A stretch of DNA of 64,000 bases from Kofleriaceae bacterium (GTDB lineage: Bacteria > Myxococcota_A > Polyangia > Haliangiales > Haliangiaceae), in assembly GCA_965215005.1 (NCBI GenBank), contig CBDCCZ010000014.1:1-64000 (forward strand). The letters run 5' to 3'. Of the stretch, positions 32,556 through 41,988 are shown piece by piece. The notes beneath the pieces are model-generated. The model did no database searches and was not told the DNA's origin. It saw only the letters and a program-made list of their open reading frames with translations. The stretch's first letter is position 1. The number at the start of each line of letters is the position of its first letter. The translations under genes were made by a program, and so were the position numbers.

Positions 32556-33398
32556 TCACCGCCCGCGGCGTAGCGACTGCGTCGCGGTCCAAAGCGCAGC
32601 ATCGAGGTTGTCGCCGCCGCCCGCACCGGCATGCCGCACCAATCCACGACGATCGATCACCACCAGCAGCGGAACCCCCGTTGCCAAGTAGGATCGAAAA
32701 ACGCTGCCGTCGCGATCGCGGCCGATGGCGATGCCGAGCTCGTCCCCGTGCTCGCGCAGATATGCTTGCACCACCGGCGCACTCTCCTGCGAAACAGCGA
32801 GCACGACGAGGTCGTCTTTGCGATGCGCCCGCGCAAACGCTGACAGCGGCGCGTGGGTCGCGACGCACGCGTTGCACCACGTGGCCCAGAGCTCGAGCAC
32901 CACGACGTTGCCGCGCAGGCCTTCGAGCTCTCCCGAAAGATCACCGCGCAGCATCTGCACGGCAAAATTGGGCGCAGGCTTGCCGAGAAGACGGCGCACT
33001 CGCACCTCGTCTTCCGTGAGCCGGCCCTCGAGGAGCACCTGCAGCACGTTGCGCTGATCGCGTCGCTGCACCTCGACGTCGATCCGATCGCCGACTTGAT
33101 AGCGACTCACGCGCCGAATGAGCGCGCGACTGCTGTCGACCGGCTGGCCGTCAATCGCGACGATGACATCGCCCGCGCGTAGCCCCGCCGCCGCCGCCGG
33201 CGCCGCTTCGATGACATCGATGACGCGAGCGCCCCCAGCGGCATCTTCGATGCGCACGCCGAGCCAGGGAGGAGTTGGCGCAGGGCTCGCTTCGGTCGAG
33301 GCAGGCAGTGCGAGGCAGATCGCAAGGGAAATCAGAGGCACGACGCGGCAAAGGCGAGAAACATGTGGCGTCGCAGCGACCGGAGCGAGCTCGTCCAT
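32556..33398 (-). CDS. PDZ plus TlpA-like redoxin
   Basis: WLGV..AGLRAGDVI PDZ; WATWCNAC thioredoxin motif. Confidence 0.88.
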   Translation of the reverse strand: MDELAPVAATPHVSRLCRVVPLISLAICLALPASTEASPAPTPPWLGVRIEDAAGGARVIDVIEAAPAAAAGLRAGDVIVAIDGQPVDSSRALIRRVSRYQVGDRIDVEVQRRDQRNVLQVLLEGRLTEDEVRVRRLLGKPAPNFAVQMLRGDLSGELEGLRGNVVVLELWATWCNACVATHAPLSAFARAHRKDDLVVLAVSQESAPVVQAYLREHGDELGIAIGRDRDGSVFRSYLATGVPLLVVIDRRGLVRHAGAGGGDNLDAALWTATQSLRRGR

Positions 33399-33519
33399 GA
33401 GCAATCAGCGTAGCGCGGAAGCCACTCGCAGCCATGCCGCTCTCGCTACGAGACGTTTTCATGTAGGTAAGAGTAGGTTTTTTGACTTCATATCCTTACC
33501 AGGCGTAGGATGCGTGCCG

Positions 33520-33918
<399 letters not shown>

Positions 33919-34039
33919 GCGAGGCGCGCGCGCGGCGTGCGCTGCAAAATCCTGCCGCGAGCGCACAGCAAGGGGCTCCTTGAGGCTGCTATCGTTGCAC
34001 CTTGGCCGTCGCCTCAGCGCGTCTGGCCCGCGAGCCTCT

Positions 34040-35545
34040 ATGATTGAACGAGCATCGATGATCATCGTCTGCGTTGCGCTGGTTGCTAGCGCCGCGGCTG
34101 CCAAGGAGCGCGCCTCCGATGCGCGCGTCACCGCGCTCATCGCTGCCATCGAAGCCGGCGGTGGCGATCGCGCTGCGCTCGCCGCCGAGCTCGCGGAGGT
34201 TGCGCCGCGCGCGGCCGAGCGTATCGCCCAGGCCCTGGAGCGGCCGCGATCGTCGACGGATGAGGAGCGGCGCGCGGTGTTGGCGGCGATTCGTGCCGCG
34301 GTTCCAGACGACAAGGGGCGCTTTCGAACCCCGGCGCGACAGAAGCAAGAGCAGATTCGCGCCGACGACGACTTCGACTGGGTCGGCGCGCTCGCTGCAG
34401 CCGACTCGACGATGCCTGGCTATGGAGAGGTCTACGCTGACATCGCGATCATCCGCGCGTTGGCCGCTAGCGGCGACGTAGCGGCCGGCGTCGCCATGTT
34501 GCAGCTGGCGTTCGACGAGGAAGGGATCATTTATCGCGACGAGGTCGGCCGCTGGCTGCGTAAGATGGCGCCGTACTCGATCCCCGCGCTGATTCGCGGC
34601 TCGGAGTCAAAGCGCGGCTCGATGCGCCGCTACGCCACGTATCAGCTCGAGCGGCTCGATCGCGAGCAACCGTTCAAAGCGCTCGAAGCAGCGGCCGAAG
34701 ACGAGCAGTTGCAAGTCGCCATTCTCGAAGCCTATCGTGAGTCGGGGCACCGCGAGGCGGTGCACGCGGTGCTGGCGTACAGCAATCACAATTCGCCGCT
34801 GGTGCGCAAAGCGGCGCGCCGCGCCTGGATCCACTACGTAGCCGGACCGGCGCCGCCGCCGGCTCCCAAGCGCAAGCTCGAGCTGCCGGGCGGGCGACTA
34901 TCCGATGAAGAGCAGCCGCTATGGCTCACGTATCGCGAGCTGGCGGATATCGAGCTGCATCGGGTCTATGAAGAGACCTTCGGCGAGGCGGCGCCTAAGA
35001 AGGCCGCGCTCGAAGAGCTGTCGAACACGCTGTTCGATCACTACGACCGCGAGCGCGAGAAAGTCCGACAGGACGAGGTCGACGCCGCCTTTGCGCAAGC
35101 CGAGGCAGGCGAGCTCGGCGCGGCCACGGCGGTCTTCGATCGCATTTTGGCTGAAAATCCAGACCATGGTCGTCGCGCCGACATGGCGCCGCATTACCTC
35201 GCCCACGCCAAACAGCTCGAGGACGCGGGCACGTGGCGCGAGGCGTCGGCGGCGTACAGCAAAGCGGCGGGACTGGCCCCGGATGAGTCTCTCGCCGAGA
35301 CGGCGCTGGCGGGACATCACTTCACCCTTGGAATGGCGCTCGAGGCGAGCGGCGCGGATGGCAGCGCCGAGCTGCGCGCGGCCGGAGAAATCGCGCCGGA
35401 GCAACGCAGCCCGGAGGCGATCGCCGAGGCGCGCCGCGAGCTCGACAGCAGCGGGCGGCGGTGGATGCTCTACGCCGGACTCGGCGGCGGTGTGGGCGCG
35501 TTATTCTTACTCGGCCTTGGACTGGCGCTGCGGCGAAGGGCATGA
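34040..35545 (+). CDS. Exported HEAT/TPR-like helical protein with C-terminal TM anchor
   Basis: Long GC3-rich frame, signal peptide, hydrophobic tail followed by RRR; start uncertain. Confidence 0.75.
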   Translation: MIERASMIIVCVALVASAAAAKERASDARVTALIAAIEAGGGDRAALAAELAEVAPRAAERIAQALERPRSSTDEERRAVLAAIRAAVPDDKGRFRTPARQKQEQIRADDDFDWVGALAAADSTMPGYGEVYADIAIIRALAASGDVAAGVAMLQLAFDEEGIIYRDEVGRWLRKMAPYSIPALIRGSESKRGSMRRYATYQLERLDREQPFKALEAAAEDEQLQVAILEAYRESGHREAVHAVLAYSNHNSPLVRKAARRAWIHYVAGPAPPPAPKRKLELPGGRLSDEEQPLWLTYRELADIELHRVYEETFGEAAPKKAALEELSNTLFDHYDREREKVRQDEVDAAFAQAEAGELGAATAVFDRILAENPDHGRRADMAPHYLAHAKQLEDAGTWREASAAYSKAAGLAPDESLAETALAGHHFTLGMALEASGADGSAELRAAGEIAPEQRSPEAIAEARRELDSSGRRWMLYAGLGGGVGALFLLGLGLALRRRA

Positions 35546-36186
35546 GTCGCGGCGTGCTCATCGTCCTCGAGGGAATCGACGGCGCCGGCACCACCACCCA
35601 AGCCGCGCGGCTCGCCAACGCGTTGACGGAGCGCCACTACCTGGTGCACCTCACCTGCGAGCCGAGCTCTGGGCCGGTGGGCCAGCTGCTTCGCGCGATG
35701 CTCGCAGGCGCGCATGCTCCCGTCGACGCCACCACCATGAGCCTCTTGTTCGCCGCCGATCGCGCCGATCACGTCGCGCGCGAGGTGACTCCGGCGTTGG
35801 CCCGCGGCGCGGTGGTCATCTCCGACCGCTGGTATCATTCCTCGCTTGCGTATCAGGGCGCCGGCGAGAAACGGCAGTGGATTTGGCAGCTCAACCAACG
35901 CGCCCTTCGTCCCGACCTCACGCTGCTCCTGGAGCTTGATCCGCAAACAGCGGCCGAGCGGCGGGCACGAGCGGGCCGCACCGAAGAGCTCTTCGACGCG
36001 CTCGAAACCCAGCGGCAGATCGCCCGCGGCTATCGCGAAACCGTTGCCATGTTGCAAGCGGACGAGCCGATACGCGTCCTCGACGGCGGCGCCAGCGTCG
36101 ATACTGTGCACGGAGAGGTTCTCGAGGCCGTGCTTGCGACGTGCAAGCGACTGGCGAGCAGGCTCATGCAGACGGCACAGGTATGA
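35542..36186 (+). CDS. tmk: Thymidylate kinase
   Basis: LEGIDGAGTTTQ, LLFAADR, SDRWYHSSLAYQG. Confidence 0.95.
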   Translation: MSRGVLIVLEGIDGAGTTTQAARLANALTERHYLVHLTCEPSSGPVGQLLRAMLAGAHAPVDATTMSLLFAADRADHVAREVTPALARGAVVISDRWYHSSLAYQGAGEKRQWIWQLNQRALRPDLTLLLELDPQTAAERRARAGRTEELFDALETQRQIARGYRETVAMLQADEPIRVLDGGASVDTVHGEVLEAVLATCKRLASRLMQTAQV

Positions 36187-36698
36187 GCAGCACACGTCAA
36201 TCCGCGCCTCCAGTCGCCGCTGCACGCGGATTGCTGCGCCGACCGGTATTGTGGTTGGCACTTGCGCTCGGTGGAGGGTGCGGCGGGACCCGTGAGCCGC
36301 CGCCCGCTCGCCCTGCCCCGGCGGCTGAGCCAGAGCCGGAGCCGAAGCCAGAGCCAGAGCCTGCGGCCGCCAAGCGAAGCGGCGTGCTCGAACGGCAAGC
36401 AGTCGATGCGGTGCTCGATGCAGGACCCGGCGCGTTCCTGCGCAACGTCGAGGTTTCGGCCGTGCTCGAGGGCGGCGCGTTCGTCGGCTGGCGCATCGTG
36501 CAGTTCCTGCCCGGGGAGCTGCGCTTTGCAGACTACGACCTGCGCCCCGGCGACATTTTGCGAGCGGTCAACGGCAAGCGCATCGTCCGCCCAGACGACC
36601 TGCATAGATTGTGGGAGTCACTGCGCACCGCCGATACGCTGAGCATTCTGCTCGAGCGCGACGGCAGCCCGGTGGAGCTCGAGCTCGTGATTCGCTGA
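36183..36698 (+). CDS. Lipoprotein with GspC-like PDZ domain
   Basis: Lipobox GGC, PE linker, FVGWRI..LRPGDILRAVNG. Confidence 0.75.
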   Translation: MSSTRQSAPPVAAARGLLRRPVLWLALALGGGCGGTREPPPARPAPAAEPEPEPKPEPEPAAAKRSGVLERQAVDAVLDAGPGAFLRNVEVSAVLEGGAFVGWRIVQFLPGELRFADYDLRPGDILRAVNGKRIVRPDDLHRLWESLRTADTLSILLERDGSPVELELVIR

Positions 36699-36741
36699 GC
36701 ATCGCGCCATGAGCGCGGCCAGCGATGGTATCGTTGCGCTC

Positions 36742-37512
36742 ATGATCCCGTACGACGATCTGGTCGCTGCGCTGCACAGCTGGCGTGCTCGTCAAGGGTT
36801 GCCGACCGGCGCCAGCGAGTACCTGGGTGAGCCTGCCCCCGCCGATTTTGCCATCAGCGCGTCCGCCGCCGAGCTCGACTCGAGCGCGGTCGAAGACCTC
36901 GGCGATGATCTCGTCGTCGAAGAAAGTCCGGCTTGGACGACCGAGCCGTACGACGCGCTGGCGGAGGACGACAGCGGTGATGCAGCGGCCTCCTACGGCG
37001 ATTCTGACGGTCCCGAGTTTGCCAACGCCGACGATGAATCCACGATGATCGGCCAGAGCCCGCTCGCACAGCGCGGCGCAACGCCTTCGCCGTGGTCGGG
37101 CGAGGACGAGGTCGAGCAGCCGTCGTCGCGGTGGTTCGACGCCGACGAAGCCGCGGATTCAGAGGCCGCGGTCACGCCCGCCCCGGCGGAGCCGCGGCGG
37201 TGGTTCGACTCAGATGAAGACTCGCCGCCCGCAGAGAGTGCTGCCGGTAGCGAGGAGGACGACGCCATCGATGTCGACGCCGGCGGCTTGGAGATCGAAG
37301 AGGCACCCGCGGCTCGGCAGATGCCACCGATGCCGCCGCCTGGCAGCGCGCGGGCCGGGTCTGCAGCGGAGCTCGCGCCCCCGCCGCTGGCGCCGCCGCC
37401 CGATGACGAGGTCGAGATGCTCGGCGGCTACGCGAGCGACGACTTCGCCGACGAACCCGCCGCCGACGCCACGGTCGTGGGCCAGAGCCCCACGGATCCC
37501 GAGCGCTCCTGA
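36742..37512 (+). CDS. Acidic, largely disordered hypothetical protein
   Basis: Helical N-terminus IPYDDLVAALHSWR, D/E-rich remainder; TGATG coupling. Confidence 0.7.
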   Translation: MIPYDDLVAALHSWRARQGLPTGASEYLGEPAPADFAISASAAELDSSAVEDLGDDLVVEESPAWTTEPYDALAEDDSGDAAASYGDSDGPEFANADDESTMIGQSPLAQRGATPSPWSGEDEVEQPSSRWFDADEAADSEAAVTPAPAEPRRWFDSDEDSPPAESAAGSEEDDAIDVDAGGLEIEEAPAARQMPPMPPPGSARAGSAAELAPPPLAPPPDDEVEMLGGYASDDFADEPAADATVVGQSPTDPERS

Positions 37513-38528
37513 TGCGCGCCTGGCAATCGCACGCAAACGGCGGCGAGTTGGTCGCGGTCGAGGTGGCTGAGCCCGCGCCCGGCCCCACGCAAGTCGTCGT
37601 AGCCGTCGAAGCCGCCGTGGTCGCGGCGCCCGAGCTCGCCGGCCCGCCGCATTTGGTCGCCGGCGGAGCAGGCATTGGTCGCGTCGTCGCCGCGGGCGAA
37701 GCGGCCACCGACCTTCTGGACCGGCGGGTCTTGGTCGGCCCCGAGCAGCCCTGCGGCGAGTGCGATCTGTGCCGTCGCGGCGGCGCTGTGCTGTGCCGCA
37801 GCGCCCTGCTGCTCGGGCGCAACGCCAACGGAACGCTCGCCGAGCGCGTGGTGGCGAGCGCCCGATGGGTGTGCCCACTCGATGGCGACTTGCAGCTGCC
37901 CGACGCCGAAGCGGCGGTGCTCGCGCGTGAGGCCGCGTGGGCTTACGCCATGTTGGCCTCGGCGAGCGTGGCGCCAGGCGAGCCGGTGATTATCGTTGGC
38001 GACTCGGTGGTGACGCGGCTATTGGCCGCACTGGCAGAGCATCGCGGCACCCGGCCCATCGTCGGCGTGCGGCGCGGTGCTGCCGAGCTAGCCGCCGAGA
38101 TCGGCGAGCGCGGCCGGGTCATCGAGCTCGATGGTGACGTGGCCTCGGCACGCGAGCTGGCCGCGCGTGCCGCCGCCGAGCTTGGCCACGGTGAGCGGCC
38201 CGCAAAGATCTTCGAAACCAGTGCTGATTCAAAGATGAGAGCGCTGGCGCTGGCGCTGGCGGGACCACGCGCGCACCTCACGCTGCTCGCAGCTGACGCC
38301 ATCGGCGCCGCTCCGGCTGCTTTCGACCTCGGAGAGGCGATCGAGCGTGAGGTGTCGGTCGTCGGTTTTCGCGGCGCGCATCCCGACCTATTGCCGGAGC
38401 TGGCGGCGCTGGTCGTCAAGGGCGAGCTAGAGGTGCAGCGCTTCGCAACCGTGCATCCCGACGTCGCCGCCGCCGCCGCCGCCGAAGAGGCTCTACCGCG
38501 CGCGGCCGTGGCGCTCATCGGTCGTTGA
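37512..38528 (+). CDS. Degenerate MDR (Zn alcohol dehydrogenase) family protein
   Basis: GroES-like N-terminus and structural CGECDLC-x7-C; catalytic motifs altered. Confidence 0.8.
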   Translation: MRAWQSHANGGELVAVEVAEPAPGPTQVVVAVEAAVVAAPELAGPPHLVAGGAGIGRVVAAGEAATDLLDRRVLVGPEQPCGECDLCRRGGAVLCRSALLLGRNANGTLAERVVASARWVCPLDGDLQLPDAEAAVLAREAAWAYAMLASASVAPGEPVIIVGDSVVTRLLAALAEHRGTRPIVGVRRGAAELAAEIGERGRVIELDGDVASARELAARAAAELGHGERPAKIFETSADSKMRALALALAGPRAHLTLLAADAIGAAPAAFDLGEAIEREVSVVGFRGAHPDLLPELAALVVKGELEVQRFATVHPDVAAAAAAEEALPRAAVALIGR

Positions 38529-38568
38529 CCGGCGCCGGACCGCTGCCCGACACTGCTCACCGCTCGCG

Positions 38569-39498
38569 ATGTTCGAGGGATTTACAGCGCGCGACTTCGA
38601 GGCGTTCGCCGCGCGCAAGTGGCGCTCCAACGCCTTCAATCGCGAGCGCCTCGAGGTCAACGAGAAACTGGCGGCCCTTGGTCGCCTCCTCATCCCGCAG
38701 CTTCAGAATGCGAGCGCGCCCTTGGCTGCCGACGTCGCGCCCGAGCATCCATGCCTCGCCAATCACCACCAAGCGCGCCGCGGTGAGCTGTTTTTCACCC
38801 GCAACGCCGCCGCCCGCGTCGAGCTCGACAAGCTCATGGATCGCCGGCGAGGGCTCGCGGCCGTTCTCGACGGTCCCTCCCCGCTGCGCTCGCACCTCGC
38901 GCTGGTCATCGCGGTTTCCGAGTCCGGCGTCTGCGTTGCCCTCTCGCTGCCCTCCGAAGCGGTGATCGATCGGCAAAATCTCGCCGGCATCTGCGCCGAG
39001 CCCGAGCGCCAACGCATCCTCCTGGCGCTGCTCCACGCACTCCCCGCCATGGAGCTCGGCGGCGATACGTGCGTTTCGACGCGTGACGTCGATGCTTCCG
39101 AGCTTGCCGCAGGCCTTTCGTGGCTGGCCAGCGACGCCAGCCGCACGCTCACCGTCGGTGGGATGCGCGAGCGGCAGTCAGCGACGGCGATGGGCGCAGA
39201 GCTGGCCGTCGCGCTGGCCGCCGACCTCGAGGCGCTCTTACCCTGCTACCGGCACCTCTGCTGGACCCGAGACAATGACTACTGTCAGCTCACGGAGCAG
39301 CTGCCAGGCGTCCTGCCGAGGCCGCCGCAGCGTCAGCTGGCGCGGCGCGACAACGTACGCATCACCGGCGGCATGTTCGCCGGCCGTACCGGCGTCGTCG
39401 AAAGCATCGACGGCAAAGGGACGGTGCGGGTCGTCCTTGGCAGCATCCCGCTGGTGCTGCCGGTCGAACATCTGCAAAAGATTGACTCGAGTGGCTGA
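38569..39498 (+). CDS. Hypothetical protein, DUF1054-like N-terminus plus C-terminal KOW motif
   Basis: FEGFTARDFEAF start; DNVRITGGMFAGRTGVV KOW. Confidence 0.75.
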   Translation: MFEGFTARDFEAFAARKWRSNAFNRERLEVNEKLAALGRLLIPQLQNASAPLAADVAPEHPCLANHHQARRGELFFTRNAAARVELDKLMDRRRGLAAVLDGPSPLRSHLALVIAVSESGVCVALSLPSEAVIDRQNLAGICAEPERQRILLALLHALPAMELGGDTCVSTRDVDASELAAGLSWLASDASRTLTVGGMRERQSATAMGAELAVALAADLEALLPCYRHLCWTRDNDYCQLTEQLPGVLPRPPQRQLARRDNVRITGGMFAGRTGVVESIDGKGTVRVVLGSIPLVLPVEHLQKIDSSG

Positions 39499-39633
39499 AG
39501 ACGGTGCGGGCCAGGCTCGGAGATCGAGGCCCGCACGGCAGCGCGGTGATGGGCCGACCTCGCAGGGAGGGGCTCTAAAGTGGGCACGGCGGGGGCGGGA
39601 GACCCGTCGCCCTGCGACAGGACGAAGGGACGG

Positions 39634-41466
39634 TTACGGGGCGACCTCGGCGGGGGCGAGCTCTTCAGTGGGCGCGTCAGTGGCGGGAGACTCATCGCCC
39701 TGCGAGACGGAAAAGGTGATGACCGCGACGACGACCAGCACACCTAGCACGATGAGCGCGAGGATCTTGCCTCTTCCACTCTTGAGCTCACCGACCAGCT
39801 CATCTTCACTGACGCTACCGCTCGCGGGGTCTTTGTAGGCGGGCATCATCTGCGTAGATCCGGTGCGCAGGCTGAACTTGGCTTGGTCGCCGTGGGTGAT
39901 GGATCCGTCGTCCCGGTAGCGATCGTCCATCGGCAACGAGTCCGCGCGATCCGCATTGTCGGCGCCGGTCCGAGCGCGCTCGATGGCCGCCGCCTCCGCC
40001 GCTTCGGCATCCAGCTCGCCTTTTTTGAACCACATTGTCTCGCGGAACTTGCTCTTGGCGCGTCCCGCGGGCGGCGCTGCCGCCGGCTGCTTGACCTTGC
40101 CCTTCCCACCAGCCGGCGCGGCTTGCGGCGGCATCGGCTGCGGCGCGACTTGCGGCGCCATCGGCTGCGGCGCGACTTGCGGCGGCATCGGCTGCGGCGG
40201 CGCGGCTTGCGGCGCCATCGGCTGCGGTGCGGCTTGCGGCGGCATCGGCTGCGGCGGCATCGGCTGCGGCGCGGCTTGCGGCGCCATCGGCTGCGGCGCG
40301 GCAGAGGCCGGAGCTCCTTCAGATTGGCCGCCGCTCAGGAACGCCCCGGCCGCTGTTTGTGAATGCGAGCCGGGCTCGGGGGGGCTGCCCGCGGCGCGCG
40401 GTGGTTGCCGTTGCGGCTCAATCGGCGCCCGGGCGGGCGGCAAGAACGGCTCCTCCGCAGGCGCAGCACCGGCTCCAGCTGCGCCAGATACGGCGGCAGC
40501 GGGCACCTCAGAAGGAGCATCGGCAGAATCGCGGTCGGGCTTGCGCGGATCGGGCATCGCAGCCATCCCTAGCATGGTCTTGGCAAAGCTCGAGGGCTGT
40601 CGTTTCTCTGCCATGTTTTCACCAGCGCCTTCGGCCACGCGCCCCATCGGCTGAGTTAAGGACGGGCTATCGTCGGTGCCGCAGACCCGCTGCACCTCGG
40701 CAACGAACTGCCGAAACGTCATGAATCGGCGAGTGGCATTCTTTTCCAGCGCCTTGAGCACGACCGCGTCTAGCTCGGCTGGCACCGGCGCATGCTGCGA
40801 CGGCGGCACCACCTCCGCGCCTTGGTGCGCCGCCAGCACCGCCTCGACGTCGCCGGCAAATGGCGCCTGACCAGCGAGGAGGTAATAGAGAATGGCCCCC
40901 AAGCTATAAATGTTGGTCCGCTGATCGACCGGCTTGCCTTCAATCATCTCCGGCGCCACGAACCCGGGCACCCCCGCCACCGTCTCGGTCACCGGCGCCG
41001 CGATCCCAAAGTTGATCAGCTTGATGGCGCCGCTCGGGTCGACAAGCACATTTTTGGGCGCCAAATCGCGGTGGATGACACCCACGCGCGCAGCCTCGGC
41101 AAGCGCCTCGCCGATGGCGGCGATGAACGCCGCGGCCCGCGCTGGCGCCATCGGCCCTCCCTCGATGATCAAGGTATCGAGGGAGCGAACGCCGTCGAGC
41201 CGCTCGAGCGCCAGCCACAACTGTTCGCCTTGACGACCAAACGCGAGCACCCGCGCAATCGACGAGCTCTGTAGTCGCGCCAGTTGCTTGAGCTCACGCT
41301 CCGTGCGCTGCAGCGCGAGGGCGGTGGGAAACACCGACTCGTAAACCAGCTTGACGACGCATGGGGCGCCGGTTTGGGTGTCAAGCGCATGCATCACGTC
41401 GCCGGTCGTCCCGCCGCCGATACGTTCGCCCACCTGGAAGCGGCCCCCAACGGGTTCAGCTGCCAC
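39634..41466 (-). CDS. Membrane-anchored Ser/Thr (pseudo)kinase with Pro/Gln linker
   Basis: Kinase fold motifs HRDLAPKN, INFG, FVAPE; C-terminal TM. Confidence 0.85.
   Translation of the reverse strand: MAAEPVGGRFQVGERIGGGTTGDVMHALDTQTGAPCVVKLVYESVFPTALALQRTERELKQLARLQSSSIARVLAFGRQGEQLWLALERLDGVRSLDTLIIEGGPMAPARAAAFIAAIGEALAEAARVGVIHRDLAPKNVLVDPSGAIKLINFGIAAPVTETVAGVPGFVAPEMIEGKPVDQRTNIYSLGAILYYLLAGQAPFAGDVEAVLAAHQGAEVVPPSQHAPVPAELDAVVLKALEKNATRRFMTFRQFVAEVQRVCGTDDSPSLTQPMGRVAEGAGENMAEKRQPSSFAKTMLGMAAMPDPRKPDRDSADAPSEVPAAAVSGAAGAGAAPAEEPFLPPARAPIEPQRQPPRAAGSPPEPGSHSQTAAGAFLSGGQSEGAPASAAPQPMAPQAAPQPMPPQPMPPQAAPQPMAPQAAPPQPMPPQVAPQPMAPQVAPQPMPPQAAPAGGKGKVKQPAAAPPAGRAKSKFRETMWFKKGELDAEAAEAAAIERARTGADNADRADSLPMDDRYRDDGSITHGDQAKFSLRTGSTQMMPAYKDPASGSVSEDELVGELKSGRGKILALIVLGVLVVVAVITFSVSQGDESPATDAPTEELAPAEVAP
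40118..40301 (-). repeat. Coding tandem repeat encoding (A/V)APQPM(A/P)PQ
   Basis: About seven CATCGGCTGCGG-containing units of 15-30 bp. Confidence 0.9.
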
Positions 41467-41837
41467 GTCTTACCTCGTGCTTGTGATGAAAACCGCCACG
41501 GACCCGAACTGGAGCCGTAATTACGCGAATCGTATTAGAAAACCGCACTGCATTCAACTCGCGCCGGACACAAGTAGCGACACCTACCGGCTCCGGTGGA
41601 AAATCGAGCTGTTCGTCGAGCAGCGTTCCGTCTGAGGTCGGCGTTTCTCTTGCCGCGCCGATGCCCGCGCTGGATCTGCCCCGCTAGGCGCCGGCCGCGC
41701 ACGCGAACTGTCGGACGCGCGCGCAACTAGTTATCTGCCGATTCAAGATGGCGGCCACGAGGGCGTCACCCACGCGCCGCGCGCGCATCCGCACCACGCC
41801 GGTGCACGTCACCTCGTTTTCCGCAGCTCGAGGCCTC

Positions 41838-41877
41838 GAGGTGCATCTCTTAAGTTGGAGGTGCATCTCCTAAGTTG
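41838..41877 (+). repeat. Intergenic 20-bp tandem direct repeat
   Basis: GAGGTGCATCTC(T/C)TAAGTTG x2 with one mismatch. Confidence 0.9.
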
Positions 41878-41988
41878 TCTGACCAATGGACGTAGATTAC
41901 ACGTGTTGGGTCAGCACCTCGCGACCAATTGCCTCACGGGGTCGCAGACTCCCCGTCGGGCCTCAGGCCGTTGCCACCGGAGATCGCA

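Noticed and set aside
40118..40301. Repeat array as CRISPR or ncRNA array
   Set aside because: Units are contiguous, in-frame, spacer-less and encode a Pro/Gln linker; the same applies to 20515-20590
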